Shown piece by piece: positions 13,711-27,389 of a DNA stretch of 64,000 nt. The DNA lies in contig MU058017.1 of assembly GCA_013265495.1 (NCBI GenBank), positions 381,919-445,918 on the forward strand. The letters run 5' to 3'. The position numbers were made by a program, and so were the translations under genes. The notes beneath the pieces were generated by a model that saw only the letters and a program-made list of their open reading frames with translations, made no database searches and was not told the DNA's origin. How positions within the stretch are numbered: position 1 is the first letter of the stretch; the number at the start of each line of letters is the position of its first letter. The stretch comes from Vicugna vicugna. Its lineage: Eukaryota.

Positions 13711-14554
13711 GTAATCTGGATTAGAGAAAATTTTATTTTTCTGAGACTAAGGAGAACAAACTCCAGGATAATGGATATTTTTTAGTGCATGTTATCTTAT
13801 TTTTTAAAAATACTTAGAGGTACAGACTGTCTTTTCTGAATTAACTTTGTCAGCCACTGCTTTGCATTCCCAGGGGCTCAAAAAACACTGGATGCGAATG
13901 ACAAACGAACATAAAAGACAACATTGAAATTCCTTTACTGGCTATAGCATGGTTTATACTGGCTACTACTTGGCTTTCAAAAGTAACTATACTTCTTTTT
14001 ATCTTAACTCATAAAGCTCCACAGAATGTGGGCTCTGATAATCTAAAAACAATCTTAGCTGAAGCTGATATTACCTAAAGAGTGTTAACAGACAGCTGTT
14101 ACAATTCATGGAATCAGCAAACAGGATATTTTGCTTAGTGGACTTTTATTTCCTGTCCATGCACAGTACACAAACACGCAGGGGTCATTCTAAATGGAGA
14201 CTAAGGCCATGAATTGAAAATTAGTTAATTTGTCAAATTTGATTTTTCCAGCAACTACTGTTTGATACGAAATTGTGAAAGTAATGAGATAGAGTGGCCA
14301 AAACACTGGGTCCAGAGTGACTCCTAAGAAATGTAAAGCCCCAAAATGTTATCAAACAAGAGTTTTAGCACTGGAAGGGATAGGAGAGATAGAAAGTGAC
14401 ACTGTCATTAAGCAAATAATCACGAAATCAAGAATTCTCACATGGGGTGCACAACTCGATTGTAGGGTGAGCTTGGGTGAGTCACTCTGCCTTTAAACCA
14501 CCCATTTTTATCTATTAAATGAGAAGGTTGAGAAAAATAATCATCTAGCACCTT

Positions 14555-14690
14555 CCAGGGGCCAATATCATTAGCATCACCTGAGAGCTTGTTAGAAATG
14601 TAGAAACCCAGGCCTCACCCCGGACCTACTGAGCCAGAATCTGTATTCTAACAAGATGCCCAGATGAACTAACACATTGGTCTTCTAACT
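14555..14690. mobile_element. MER5A-like hAT-Charlie element
   Basis: ATTAGCATCACCTGAGAGCTTGTTAGAAATGTAGA...CCCCGGACCTACTGAGCCAGAATCTGTATTCTAACAAGATGCCCAGATGA. Confidence 0.85.
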
Positions 14691-14789
14691 CTGTTCCTAG
14701 CACCTCAGACCATACCCCTGCCTACCCTCGCCATCACCAACCACTCTCATGGATGGAGAACTAAGGGCAGGATTAGCAGTAAAGATTGT

Positions 14790-14900
14790 TTTAAAAGCTC
14801 CAATATTATAACCCCTCTCTTTCGATGGACAAGGAAACCGAGGTCCAGAGAGGTAAAGCAGATTTCCTGAAACCACACAGATAATTAGCAGCAGAACAGA
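14790..14900 (-). mobile_element. MIR fragment
   Basis: GGACAAGGAAACCGAGGTCCAGAGAGGTAAAG...CCACACAGATAATTAGCAGCAGA. Confidence 0.65.
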
Positions 14901-16389
14901 GGCTTTATTATTAGTTTTCCCAGTGCAGTCGATTGCACTGTTTCATGAGAATGTTACCAAAATGATGCAATTAAATTGCCAAGTGTTAATGTTATAACAA
15001 ATGAACAGCAATGCTTTTCTTCTCTTGGAAAAGACCTTTTTTTTTAGTTTAAAAGAGACTGATTTTTAAAGAAATTATGTTTTTTCTGGAGGTGCTTAGA
15101 AAGAATCGAGTTACAGAGTGTCTCATTCCTCTTCCAGGCAGTAGGAAGGCTTCTAGACTCAGGCCAGATGCTTACTCTCTCCTTTCCCCTCTCTCACCAG
15201 CAAACTCCCAACCCAGCATGTGTGCGTGCACTCACACAGACACACACACTCACACACACACACATCCGTTGAAGATGTGTAATTTAATGATGAATAATGA
15301 CAGGAACGACATGATCCAGGATGCTCACAGTCTACTGTTAATTAATAACCCCTTTAGCAACTAGCATTTTGCCTTGTCTAAAACAACTGAAACTTTCTGC
15401 AGCTTGGTAACCAAATATAGCTCAAATGACCACAAAGAAATGAATGTATGTATAGGTTGAGCAAATAATTTGTGGTCACATTTAAACCAATTTCACTCAT
15501 TCAATTTGAGTATAATGGGCATTTGTGTGTTCCCCAGTGACGAGTGTCTCTTTTCACCTTGAGGAAATCCTTACTTTTCCATTTTGTTCCACTCGCCTTT
15601 TCGCCATTCTCAGTCACTGGTGACTCAGAAATAAGGGAGATGTGTACACCAAAGTCAGGAAGAGTAACAAAAATATTTGAATGTACAATCGAGCAGACTG
15701 TAATTGGCCTTAGTAATATAGTCAGATACTTTCTTCAGTTTGCTTCTAGAGTACTCTGAGTTTTGCCTGGAATAAAGGTACTATATTTAAAATGAAATGG
15801 AACATATAACTGCATGGGGCCACGTCTACCCTTTGGAAATGATCTTTGTCATCCCTCTCATAGCATTATTGTCCAAGAACTGTCAAACCAAATGTGCCAA
15901 ACCAAAAGTTAATTTCAGTACTTCCTTTATGCTTGATAAATCTCAAATATCTTCCTCACTCTTCAGTTCTTCGCTATCTGCAAATCTTTGTAATTGGGGG
16001 GATTCTTGTTCTTAATCTCTTTTTCTTATGTAAAATTATAAGATTTTTTTGATAGACCAGCAGCATACAGTGTGGTAAGATTAGGTGACTTACAAAGTAT
16101 GGCCAAGTAATACAAATATCTAGCTTGTGCATGGAAAGCAAAAAATAGATCAAAATGCATACCCATCTTCTCAAGAAATCTTTGACTGTTGGCAGAAGTA
16201 AAAACTGCAATGAACGCTTATAGAAGACAGATGTTAGGGGATATAATTCACATCCTCTCCAACCAAATTACATCTTTTCTTTTTTTAGGAATAATTGTTA
16301 AGGGTACTCATCATAGACCACAATCCATCCAAATAATAAACAAGTCCTCATACCAAGATTCTATAGCAGTCTTTTCAATAGAAATATGA

Positions 16390-16550
16390 GAGCCACAGAC
16401 ATAATTGTAAATTTTCTGGCAGCCACATTTAAAACATAAAGTTAAACACGTAGAATTAATTTTAGTAATATATTTCAAGTAACCCAGTATGTCTAAAATG
16501 TTATCATTTCAACATACAGCCAAAACTTAAAAATTACTAAGGAGTTATTT
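16390..16550. mobile_element. MER33-like hAT fragment
   Basis: AAATTTTCTGGCAGCCACATTTAAAA...AATTAATTTTAGTAATATATTT...AACCCAGTATGTCTAAAATGTTATCATTTCAACAT. Confidence 0.6.
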
Positions 16551-18739
16551 TACATGAATTGTAGTAGTCTCAGCACAGCATGGTAATCTTAAAAGATTAG
16601 GAGGAGAAAATGGTGAAAGTGGTTTGTAAGCAACTGAAAAAGCCATTCCCAATAATAAGCTAGCATCAACCCTAAGGCAGTTGAACTGTAATAGCCTCTT
16701 AGTTTGTTTTTTTTTATCAATAAATCTCAAAAGAAAACTGAAGGTTCTTTTCATCACTTCTTATTTTATGAGTGAGATTTACACTCAGTAGTCAAGTTTT
16801 TCCATAAAAGTTTAAAATAAAAATAATTTAAAATCATAAGACAAGTTGGCTGTTCTCTCTTCTTCCTTCTCCTCCCATACTTGTATTTGCTTCCATCAAT
16901 GCGCTACCACAATTTGCATCATTTCCCTTGTTAGTTGGTTTTCTTCCTTCTCACGCATGTCCCACAGAATAAGCTCCCTTACAGCAGGAACCATAGGTCA
17001 TGTTATGTTCACTGTTATATCCAGAGTATCTGCCCTTCTGCCAGCCATATGAGAGTCACTCAGTATTTGTTACAAGAATTATAAAACAAATTAAGGAGCA
17101 TCAACTAGGTCAGTACAAAGGTAAGGGTCTTTTTTCATTAATAACACACACTAGAATTCTAGGGATTGTTTATCCTAATGTCTGAATGGAACAAAGCAGA
17201 GATAGTAAACATACCAGAAGTTTCAACTTCTGTAGCACATTGCTGGACGTTTAAGAATAACTTCTTAAGTCAAGATTTAAAGTCTGTTGGGGTCCCACCC
17301 CCAGAACTCAGGAGGATCTGTGCTAGGTAGGGGCACCTACCACAAGAGGCCTGGACCAAGGACTCAGGTTCTGAGAGTTTGGGGTATTTTCACCCAGAGC
17401 AGCCAACAGCAGCTCGGTCAGGGAGGGACCTTAAATCAGGCTCAAAGAGAGAAACCAAAGACAGAACGCACAGCAAGGCTGAGTGAATATCCAAATATCC
17501 TTCGGAGGGGACGAGCAGAGGGCACAGTATCCTGAGGAGCTGGAGGCCTGCTTCAATGTAACCAGTGGCTCCTAGACTAGACTTAGCGGGTCCCTCTGCA
17601 CAGACCCTGAGCAGCCTTCCATCAGGCCCAGGGTCACAGGGTTACTGCACCATCGTAATAGAAACTAAAACCAGCTATTCTCACATCAGATTACGACTAC
17701 CAGACCTTAAAGTGGTAACCAAGGTAGAAATTGGGGTATTTATTTTGGAATTCATGCAACAGATTTAGGCATAACTGATTCAGATCTATTTATCATAACT
17801 TCACCACCCTCCTCTCAATTCCACTTCTTTTATTTTCAGTTTCATTTAAAATTTTTTCTATGTAGTAATTTAGTCAGTTTGCTAGAACCTCCACCTGAAA
17901 TATACAAAAATTTAAAACCACACACAAAAACCTGAGTGCCAACTTGAGGTATGAAATGTTTCCTGTTAACTACAGGAGATAGTAAAGGAGTAGCTGCTAT
18001 GAAGAAATCTTTGGCACGATTAGATCTGCTAATAAACTTTATGGGTCTATGACTCAGAATTAAATTAGTCAGATTAGGAAGTTAAAAGGAAAACAAGCAA
18101 ATTGTTTTAAATGCCGGCATTCCCTAAGAGATCAGGGAAGCTGAGATAAAAGCATGTTTTAGGGAGTTGACTGAAAAGGCTTTGGCACAAGAGAGGTGGT
18201 TTGAGAATCTTTCAGTACCTAGGAGGGACTCTAGCTTGAAAATTACACAATTCTAACAATGAGAGTTGTAAATTCTCACTGACAACAGACAGTCAAATGA
18301 GATTTGAGATATTCAAGAGTCAGAGCAGCTGCTTCCATCTGGGAGGCCAATTTCATTGGGAGGATATGTGGATACACATCTGTGCAATATCTTTTTTTAT
18401 ATCCGAATACATAACCCTCTTTATACCTAACTGTATTCTTCCCCATACTGACAGCACTACTGCTACCTGGCCAGTTCAGAAGATAAAAATTAGTGTAAGG
18501 GAAATATCAGAATTGATGACAAAGAAGGATCTAGAGTAAGCATTCAACAGACACCTATTTATTCAAAAAGAAGTGTGATAAGATACTACTGTTACCCACA
18601 GGCCACTCTGTGTTATAAAAGATGCCAAAGAAACATGAGATTGGACTCCAGCCCTTGAAGAACTTAATGATCTAGCTGGAAAGAGAAAACATAGACAATT
18701 AGAAGCTAAAGCATTCCAACAGAACCAAATACAACAGCA

Positions 18740-18930
18740 CACCCTCTATCACATCACTCTACTGTACTTTCTCTACAGCACCTGCCACTATCTGAAATTG
18801 CTTAGTGTTTATTTAGTGTATGTTTATTGTCTCTGATGTGTCTTCTACTAGAATGTATGCTTGTGGAAGAAGGAATGCGATCTAGCTCCCAGTGCCTAGA
18901 ACAGACTATTAGTTGAATGAGTATATTATT
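18740..18930 (+). mobile_element. L2 3' fragment
   Basis: TTTCTCTACAGCACCTGCCACTATCTGAAAT...ACTAGAATGTATGCT...CCCAGTGCCTAGAACAG...GTTGAATGA. Confidence 0.65.
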
Positions 18931-20134
18931 AATGAAGAAAATAGATCACCTACAGATATTTATTAAGGACTTGATGAATGATAAGAGATACAAGGAGTTA
19001 GAGGAAGAGTAAACTGAGGTTACATTGGCAAAGAAGGCTCCACAAAAAAGGGGGAGCCCTTGAAGATGAGTCTATGTGAAGAAGTGGTCTCAGAGGACCA
19101 ATTGCCAAAGCCAGGTAGGATGTGAAAAGCAGAAACAAACACTACTGATAGAATAGTTTACAGGCTAGCTCATGAATTTCTCCACGTGACAAATGTTCAG
19201 TACTTAAACCTCCTCTTGGTACACCCCTCTCTTCATTAAATATGCCATTCTCTCCATCACATATGCTCACAACTCCACAGTCACCTAAGATTCCTATCCC
19301 CACTTCACTAGCCCCACAGCCAAGGAGTGTCCAAGTTCTAAAGATTCAACTTCAGCCATTTTCTTCTCATCTATATTCACTCATCCACTCCCATCACCAC
19401 AATCTTGACCTCTTTAACACTGACTTGAACTATTGCAACAGCCTCTGGTCTTCAGAACCTCCAGTCTACTGTCCAAGACATGATTTCCTGTTTCAACTCT
19501 GCCTCTAAGTTACCTGTATGACACTGGACAGAGATCACAAATGTCACTATGCCTGAGTCTTTTCATTTGTACAGTGAGGAATTGGAATGGACTAAATCAT
19601 TGCCATCATCCCTTCCTACTCTCCCATCTCAGAATCCTATGATATCTCCATCTTCCGCAGAACCTAGCACAGAGAGAATGCACAAAGATTGATTTACTTT
19701 AATATAATTGAGTGATATTTTCCAGATAATACCGTTGAAAAATTATCTGTGAGCTTCAAATCAAAGACCCTTTAAAGATATTTCTTCCCTTTATTTTACA
19801 TTCTCAAAGACATTTTCACTCTGAGCACAGGGCTTTCTTCATTCTAGGCAAAATATATATATAGTTAATTGTCCATTCTAAGCAAAAACAATCAATTTAA
19901 ATAGTTTTAAAATCTAGTTTTAAAAAATCTGGTTAATTCTCCAATTTAAGCAACAATCTCTTCCCTCTCTCTTCCTCTCTCTCCCTCTTTCTGTTCCTCA
20001 CAAACACACATTCTTTCTTACTACTTTTAGGTGTAGATTCAACAATCTAATCATAATCAAAATAGAGGCATTCTTACAATGTGTGTTGAAAGTAATGATT
20101 GTTGAGGACTTACTGAAAATAAAAAAGAATGTTA

Positions 20135-20300
20135 GGGCAATGCCTCCCAGAAATGTTCATGTGCACATGAATCATCTGGGGATATTGTGAAAAGATAGAT
20201 TCTGATGCACTTGGTCTGGAATGAGGCCTCCCAGACTGAATTTCTAACACGCTCCCAAGTGATGCAGATGCTGTTGCTCTGGGAATCAAGGTGCAAGAGC
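20135..20300. mobile_element. MER5-family hAT element
   Basis: GAATCATCTGGGGATATTGTGAAAAGATAGATTCTGATGCA...ATTTCTAACACGCTCCCAAGTGATGCAGATGCTG. Confidence 0.75.
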
Positions 20301-20509
20301 ACACGGGAACCTTAGAGAGCATGGTATCAAAACCCCTCACTTCTGCAGCAAAGTTGAGGCCCAGATTGAGGCTGCTGCAGGGCCTGCAGCTCGTACTGAC
20401 AGAGATGGGACAGGCACAGACACTCAGACCTCCTCCTTGGGGCTCGCAGGGTGCTGATGCCATGCTGCCCATGCAGAGCGCGGCCGCACACCCTGAATCT
20501 TCTCCAGTC

Positions 20510-20536
20510 CACACACACACACACACACACACACAC
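20510..20536. repeat. (CA)n microsatellite
   Basis: Uninterrupted CA run of about 13 units. Confidence 0.95.
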
Positions 20537-22787
20537 GGTGTGAGAGGTCACACTTCTGGAGAGCAGCATGTTTCTCACCACTTCCTACTGTAGGAAAGAA
20601 GTCCTTAAATCTTGCCTTCCCCATTTACTAGCCTTAACTTCCAACCCACCAAAGACAGAATCAGGAGGAATACTCTTAATTCTGCCACATCCATTGAACT
20701 GCTTTTTCTTTATTTTTCCCTCAGCTTTACCAAATCCTTGAGAGAAAATATGACTTTTTTAATGTTCTTAAACCAGCTGATGATGAAATCTGAGAGGCCG
20801 AGACTTAGACACACTGTCACTACCAAGCCACCCTGCTGAGGCATCCTCAGGGTTGTGTGCACGTGTGTGTGCACACTCCTACCACTATGTGAATGGAGCA
20901 TCTGGACTCCCATTTGTTTACTTGAGGAAAGTTCCATGTCTGCAGCATGTGGGTTTTCTGGCTTACACTTAGAAAGTTCTAGTATATTCCCAGGTGTAGT
21001 TTTCCCCACTCTTTTCGCCATAGCTTCATGATTTTGCATTGGCTTCCTAAGTTTAAAAGGAACTTGTTGACAAGAAGAGAGGCAAAACAAGAGGAATATT
21101 CAGACAACAGTACAAGTCTGCTTTCCTCCCTAAGGACCAGTGGACAAGCTCACTGGAGAGCATCTAAAACCATAGCCAGGCACTGGCTGAGGGTACTGGG
21201 AAATAAAGCTCATTTTCAGTTTAGTCTGTCAAGCAAAATATCAGCCTTGAGTTCATTTGGTTTCAATTTACTTTTCACAAAACACATATATAGCGAAAGA
21301 TCTTGTACTTGTATTTTCCTTGCTGCTTGCAAATTTCACCCCCTTTAAAACATAAAAGGAGAAAAATAATGGTGCTGACCAGAGCCAAACATAATATGGG
21401 TGGACACAGTACAAACTTTCCCTTAGAAAGCTTTACCCTTAGACTTCATGGGCGAGATTTCCCTTAAACAGAAAAAGACAAGCATATCCTTTGGCAGTAG
21501 AATGTTTTGCTGTCACTACAATTCAACACATACCCTAGAAGATCTTCATTCTCCTTAACTTTTGGGAACCCTACCCTCTATAGTACAGAAAAGGAAATTA
21601 GACACACTGAGGAAGCAGAAGTGATACAGATTGTCCTCTCAATGTTGCCCTCTTTAAGTAGAAGTTTAAGCATTATTCTTGAATTGCCCAGATCCTTTCT
21701 TATTCCACTTCCGAATCCCATGACACCATAAACAATAACATCTACAAAAACTTACGCACACCCCACCCTCCCTCCCTTAAAATAAAAACTCGGCTATCAA
21801 CTTACACCTAATTATGGAACTCTAGAAATCATTTATGTTAGATCTGAAAGACTGTGAGCGATCATAGCTCATGCATGTGTGGCTAAAGCCCTTTGCAGTG
21901 AAATACTAATATTTCTTAATTACAGGCAAGGCCAAGACTTCTAACTCACAGCTTTATGCTCTTTTCACTGCACAAGTTTTACATGAAAGAATGAAAGCAT
22001 TAAATGGAAAGCACTGTTGTGTTACTGGGGTCCATTATTGTCCTCTGGCCTCTCATATGTTTGTTGTTCAGAGGAGTGAAACAGAAGTGAAGGATGAGGT
22101 GGTCTCAGCCACTTCTTATGCATGGGCCAAAGAAGTCTCCACACAATGTCATTTCAAGCATGATGGAAAGACTTTCTCTGTCTGCCTCCCCAATCTTACC
22201 ACACACCAACAGCTTCCATCATCAGGGATTCTGAGCATCAGGTTAAGCACCATTCTACCCCTAGTATTCTAGCTTAAAATTCAAACACTCAGAGAGATCG
22301 TACTTTTTTCTTGGTGAGTCTAGCTAAAGGTTTGTCAATCTTGTTTATGTTTTCAAAGAACTAGCTCTTAGTTTTATTGATCAGTTCTATTGTCTTTTTA
22401 GTCTCTATTTTTTTTGTTTCTGCTGTAATGTTTGTTATTTCCTTCCTCTTAGATTTAATGTGTGTTATTTCCCCCCTCCTACTAACTTTGAGCTTCATTT
22501 GTTTTTATTTTTCTAGCTCCTTGAAGCATAAAGTTAGGTCATCTATTTAAGACTATTTTTGTTTCTTGAAATAGGCATTTACTGCTATGAACTTCCCTCT
22601 TATAACTACTTTTTCTGAATCCCATAACTTTTGGCATGTTACATTTCTATTTTTGTTTGTCTCAAGGAATTTTTTGATTTCTCATTTGAATAATTCTTTG
22701 ACCCATTAGTTGTTCAGTAACATGTTGGTAATCTCTACATATTTATGAATTTTCTAGTATTTTTCATGTAATTAATTTCTAGTTTCA

Positions 22788-22901
22788 ACATACCCAATAT
22801 TTTATGATAAGTGTAAATGCAGTATAACCTTTAAAAATGGTGTTAAAAAAGAGATGAAGTGATTAAAGGATAATTAAATTTTAAAATAAGTAAATTTTTA
22901 A
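22788..22901 (+). mobile_element. Short younger L1 3'-tail inserted into the minus-strand L1
   Basis: Interrupts the L1 ORF2 sequence; flanked by AAT(T/G)TCTAGTTTCA at 22774-22787 and 22902-22915; contains GTAAATGCAGTATAACCTTTAAAAAT and an A-rich tail. Confidence 0.65.
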
Positions 22902-23897
22902 AATGTCTAGTTTCACACCATTGTTACTGGAAAAGATTACTGATACAATTTCAATCATCTTGAATGTATTAAGATTTGTTTTGTGGCCTAACATGTGATC
23001 TATCTTGGAAAATGTTTCCTGTGCCCTTAAGTATACGTATTCTGTTGCTTTCAGTTGGAATGTTCTGTAAATATCTGTTAAGTCCATCTGTCTAACCTGT
23101 TGTTTAAGGTGAATGTTTCCTTACTGATTTTCTGCCTGGATGATCTATCCAGGGATGTAAGTGGAGTATTAAAGTCCCCTACTATTATTGTATTGGTATC
23201 TAATTCTCCAATTAAAGTTGTTAATATTTACTTTTTATATTTATGTTGGGTGTGTAAATTTTTACAAATGTTGTATCTTCTTGTCGGATTGACCCCTTTA
23301 TCATTATATAATATCCTTCTTTATCTCTCATTACTAGCTTTGTTTTAAAGTCTTTTGTCTAATATAATTATGGCTACTTCAGCTTTCTTTGTTTCCATTT
23401 GCATGGGATATCTTTTCCATGCTTTCACTTTCAGTCTTTATGTCCTTACATCTAAAATGAGTCTCTTATAGGCAGTGTATAGGTGTCATTTTCTTATTCA
23501 TTCAGTCACTCTGTCTTTTGATTAGAGACTTTAGTTTATTTACATTTAAAGTAATTATTGATAGGTGTGTGCTGATTACCATTTGTTGTTTTCTAGCTGT
23601 TTTGTAGTTCCTCTCTGTTTCTTCTTCTCTTGCCATCTTCCTTTGTGGTTTGATGACTTTCTTTAGTGGTATGCTTATATTCCTTTCTCTTTAGCCTTTG
23701 TGTATTTATTATATGTTTTTGCTTTGTGGTTATTATGAGGCTTATATATAACAACATATCATATAGCAATCTATTTTAAGTTGATAACTTAAGTTTTATC
23801 CTACTTTAAAGTTCAATATTTTTATTCCCCTCCACCCCATATTTCATGTTTTTGATGTCACACTTTACATTTTTTAATCTTGTGTATCCCATAATTT

Positions 23898-24393
23898 CAG
23901 ACATACCTCAAAGATATTGTAGTCAGTTCCAGATCAACACAATAAAGTGAATATTACAATAAACTGAGTTACACAAATTTTCTGGTTTCCCAGTGTATAT
24001 AAAAGTTATGTTTACACTATGTTATAGTCCATAGTGTGCAATAGTATTGTCTTTAAAACACAATGTACATATCTTACTTTAAAAATACTGTTGCTAAAAA
24101 ATGCTAGCCATCATCTAAAACTTCAGCAAGTTGTAATCTTTTTGCAACAGTAACAACAAAGCTCACTGATCAAAGATCACATTGTCAAATAATAAGAATG
24201 AAAAACTTTAAAATATTGTGAGAATCACCAAGATGTGAGAGAGACATGAAGTGAACAAACGCTGTTGGAAAATGGTGCCAACAGACTTGCTCAACACAGG
24301 GTTGCCACAAACTTTCAATATGCTAAAAAAAAAAAAAAGGGCAGTATCTGTGAAGCACAATAAAGTAAAACACAATAAAATAAGGTATGCCTT
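23898..24393 (-). mobile_element. Internally deleted Tigger1-derived (TcMar-Tigger) non-autonomous element nested in the L1
   Basis: Both Tigger1 termini are present: CAGACATACCTCAAAGATATTG... and ...GCAGTATCTGTGAAGCACAATAAAG...AGGTATGCCT; only about 0.5 kb apart, no transposase. Confidence 0.88.
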
Positions 24394-27389
24394 TATTACA
24401 ATCATAGTCATTTTTACTATGATTATATTAGCTTTTATAAGTAATTAATTTAGTGCCTTTACTATATATTTACTTTTCCAGTGAGATTTATTCTTTCATA
24501 TGTTCTTGTTACTAATTAGCACCCTTTGTTTTCAGCTTGAGGAGTCCCTTTAATAGTTTTTGTAAGGCCAGTTTAGTGGTGATGAACTCCTTTAGCTTTT
24601 GCTTATCTGGAAAACTCTTTATTGCTCCTTCAATTCTGAATAACTTTTCCAGGTAAAGTATTCTTGATTTTAAGGGTTTGTTTTTTTTTTTTTTTTAAAG
24701 CACTTCGAATATATCATGCCATTACCTTCAGGCCTGCAAATTTTGTGCTGAAAAATCTGTTGATAGCCTTTTGGGGGTTCCCTTGTATATAAAAAATTGT
24801 GTTTCTCTTGCTGCTTTTAATATTCTCTCCTTGTCTTTAACTGTTGATATTTTAATTATAATGTGTATTGTTGTGGGTCTCTTTGGGCTCATTTTATTTG
24901 GAACTCTCTGGGCTTCCTGGATCTGGACGTCTGTTTCCTTCCCCAAGTTAAGGAAGAAAATCATTCAAGAAAGGAGAAAATTCAGCCATTACTTTTTCAA
25001 ATAAGATTTTTGCCCCCTTTTCTCTTCTCTTTCTAGGAACATTTTAATGCAAATGTGTTCTGTTTATTGTTGTCCCATAAGCCCTGAACCTATCTTCACC
25101 TTTTTTTCTTTCTTTCTTTCTTCTTTTTTTTTTTTTTGCTGCTCCGATAGGTTGAGTTTCACTGCCTTGTGCTTAAGCTGACTGACCCTTTCTTCTGCTT
25201 CATCTAGTTTGCTGTTGTACACCTTTAGTGTATTTTTCAGTTCATTTATTGTATTCTTCAGCTCTGTGAGTTTTGTTTGGTACTTTCTTATATTTTCCAT
25301 CTCTTTGTTGAAGTTCTCACTGTCTTCATTGATTCTTTTCCCCAATTTGGTGAGAATCTTTATGATCATTACTTGTGACTCTTTATCAGGTAGATTACTT
25401 ATCTCTATTTCATTAAGTTTTTTTCCGAGGTTTTATCTTGTTCTTCCATTTGGAATATATTCCTCTATTCCTTCATTTTGCTTGACTCTGTACTGGCTTC
25501 TCTCCAGTAGATGAAACAAGTGCCTTTCCCAGTCTTGAAAGAGTGGCCTCGTATAGAAGGTGAGTTATTTTTTTCAACTCTGCCCCAGTTCCTTGTCATC
25601 TCTCAAATATCTGTGCTTGTCAAGCAGCCTAATATATTTTTTAAAAAATAGTTCCCAGTAGCTGAAAATGTGCCAAGATCTTTTGGTTTCCCAAAGGGGA
25701 AGATCTCAACATCTAGATTCAGGCTGACAGGAAGTCAGACCCTCAGGCTGCTGCTTTTAAAAATATACTAATATATACTGTCCTGAGAGGCCACAGGCAT
25801 AAGCCCTGCTGGCCACTGGAGCCATGTGATCTGGAGGTGTCCCCTGGGCTGCAATCACAAAAATCACACTCCAGGTGAGTGTATAGGCTCCTTTCTGGGA
25901 GATACTGGTGAGCTGGAGCAAGGAAGGGGGAGAGTGCCAACATGGCATCCACAACCTGCCTTCCTTGAGAGCAGCTCCATAGGCCCACTAAATATGTGCC
26001 CAACCCAAAGCCTGCCCCTCAGGCTGAAGCTCCAGGACAAGAAAAGTGGCATCTTTCACAGAGAGATCGAAAAGTGTGCCTCAGTCTGCTGTCTGAGCTG
26101 TGCCTTGGGGGTTCCAGCCCACCAAGAATCGTTCCTTCAATTGCCACAATCTCATGGGACCCTGGAATGCGAGCTCTCCCCACTACCAGAGTCAGGTGAT
26201 CAAGGAGTGTCCCCTGGGTGTCAGCTGCCAAAATCAGGGGCCAGACACATGTAAATCTCCCCTCCAGGGGACACTGGTACTCTGGAGCACAGCAAACGGT
26301 GAGAGTGACGTAGCACCCATCCTCCAAGATCTCTGGAAAGCATTACAGTCAGCCCCTAGATGCATGTTTAACTAGAAGCCTGCATCTCCAGCCACAGTCG
26401 TGAAAATTAGCTGACAGAGCTCCTTCACAGAAAGAGTTCCTAGGTGTGGAACCTCTTGCTGTGCCCTGAGAGTGGGAGCTATTTAAGATCTCTTTCTCCA
26501 CTGGTTACAATCCTGTGGGACCCACTGGCCACCAGAGTCAGGTGATGTAAAGGTGTCACTGGCAGCAGTCACAAAACTCAGGGTGCGAGATAGGGGTATG
26601 AGCTCTTTTCTGGGTAATACCAATATGTATGATCCCATGTGACCAGGAACACAAGCTCTCCTGACCTCCAGAGCTGAGAAATCAGGAGAAACCCCTTGGG
26701 CTGCAGCGCAAGAATTGGGGCACCAGACATATGTAAGGGCTCCCTTCTGTGAGATACTGATGCTCTGGAGCATGGCAAAAGGAGAGTGTGAAAATGGCAT
26801 CTGCCCATCTCTGTCCACAGAAAGTGTTCTAGCAGGCTCCTAGAAATGTGAGTTTTCATATAGTAGATGAGTTTTCTTTACTTTAAGTCTGGGCATGGTC
26901 AGCTACTTCTGAGCTGGGCCCTGGGGTAGGTGAGTCAGAGTGTACTGGCCCTTTAAGAGCTGTCCTACAGATCACTACTACCATCCTGTGGGTCTCAGGA
27001 TGCAAGCCCTGTTTTTTGTTTTTTGTTTTTTTTTAATTAGATGGTTTGGGGGATCATCTCTCATGTACCTGTCTTAAACACTGGGGTGCCTGACGTGGGA
27101 TCTGAACCCTTCACTCCTCAGGGAGAAGCTCTGGGTTTTGAGTTTCCTCCCAACTGTGGGTCACTGTGCCAGGGTTGGGGTTTATGGAAAGGTAGGTCCC
27201 AATCTCTCCTATCTGCTTTGATGTGGTTTTCTTCTCATTTGCCCAACGTGTAGTTGTCACTCAGCAAGTCTTTAGATTTTTTCAGAGGAAACTGTTCTAT
27301 ATGTAGTTGTAGACTCAGTATGTCTTGGGAGGAGGTAAGTTCAGGGTCTTCCTATAGCACCATCTTGAATTAGAACCTGGAGTTACTTT

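Larger units (their letters stand above)
22310..27383 (-). mobile_element. L1 retrotransposon, 5'-intact (monomer-type 5'UTR, ORF1, ORF2 endonuclease), 3'-truncated and disabled
   Basis: ORF track 25064-25369 (coiled-coil ORF1p-like), 24728-24964 (QIQEAQRVPNKMSPKRPT...KDKERILKAARE, ORF1p) and 22881-23087 (MDLTDIYRTF...TFSKIDHMLGHK, APE-type endonuclease); repeated GC-richer units at 25.8-27.1 kb; CAAGATGG near the 5' end. Confidence 0.92.

Noticed and set aside
15943..15977. Possible minus-strand last exon reading DSEELKSEEDI*
   Set aside because: The acceptor (ACAAAGATTTGCAG) lacks a pyrimidine tract, and there is no other support
17285..17700. GC-richer block resembling an old LTR (similar block at about 10170-10500)
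   Set aside because: I could not assign a family or termini by eye
25743..27253. Cluster of overlapping 60-140 aa ORFs
   Set aside because: They fall in the GC-richer L1 5'UTR monomers and are not genes
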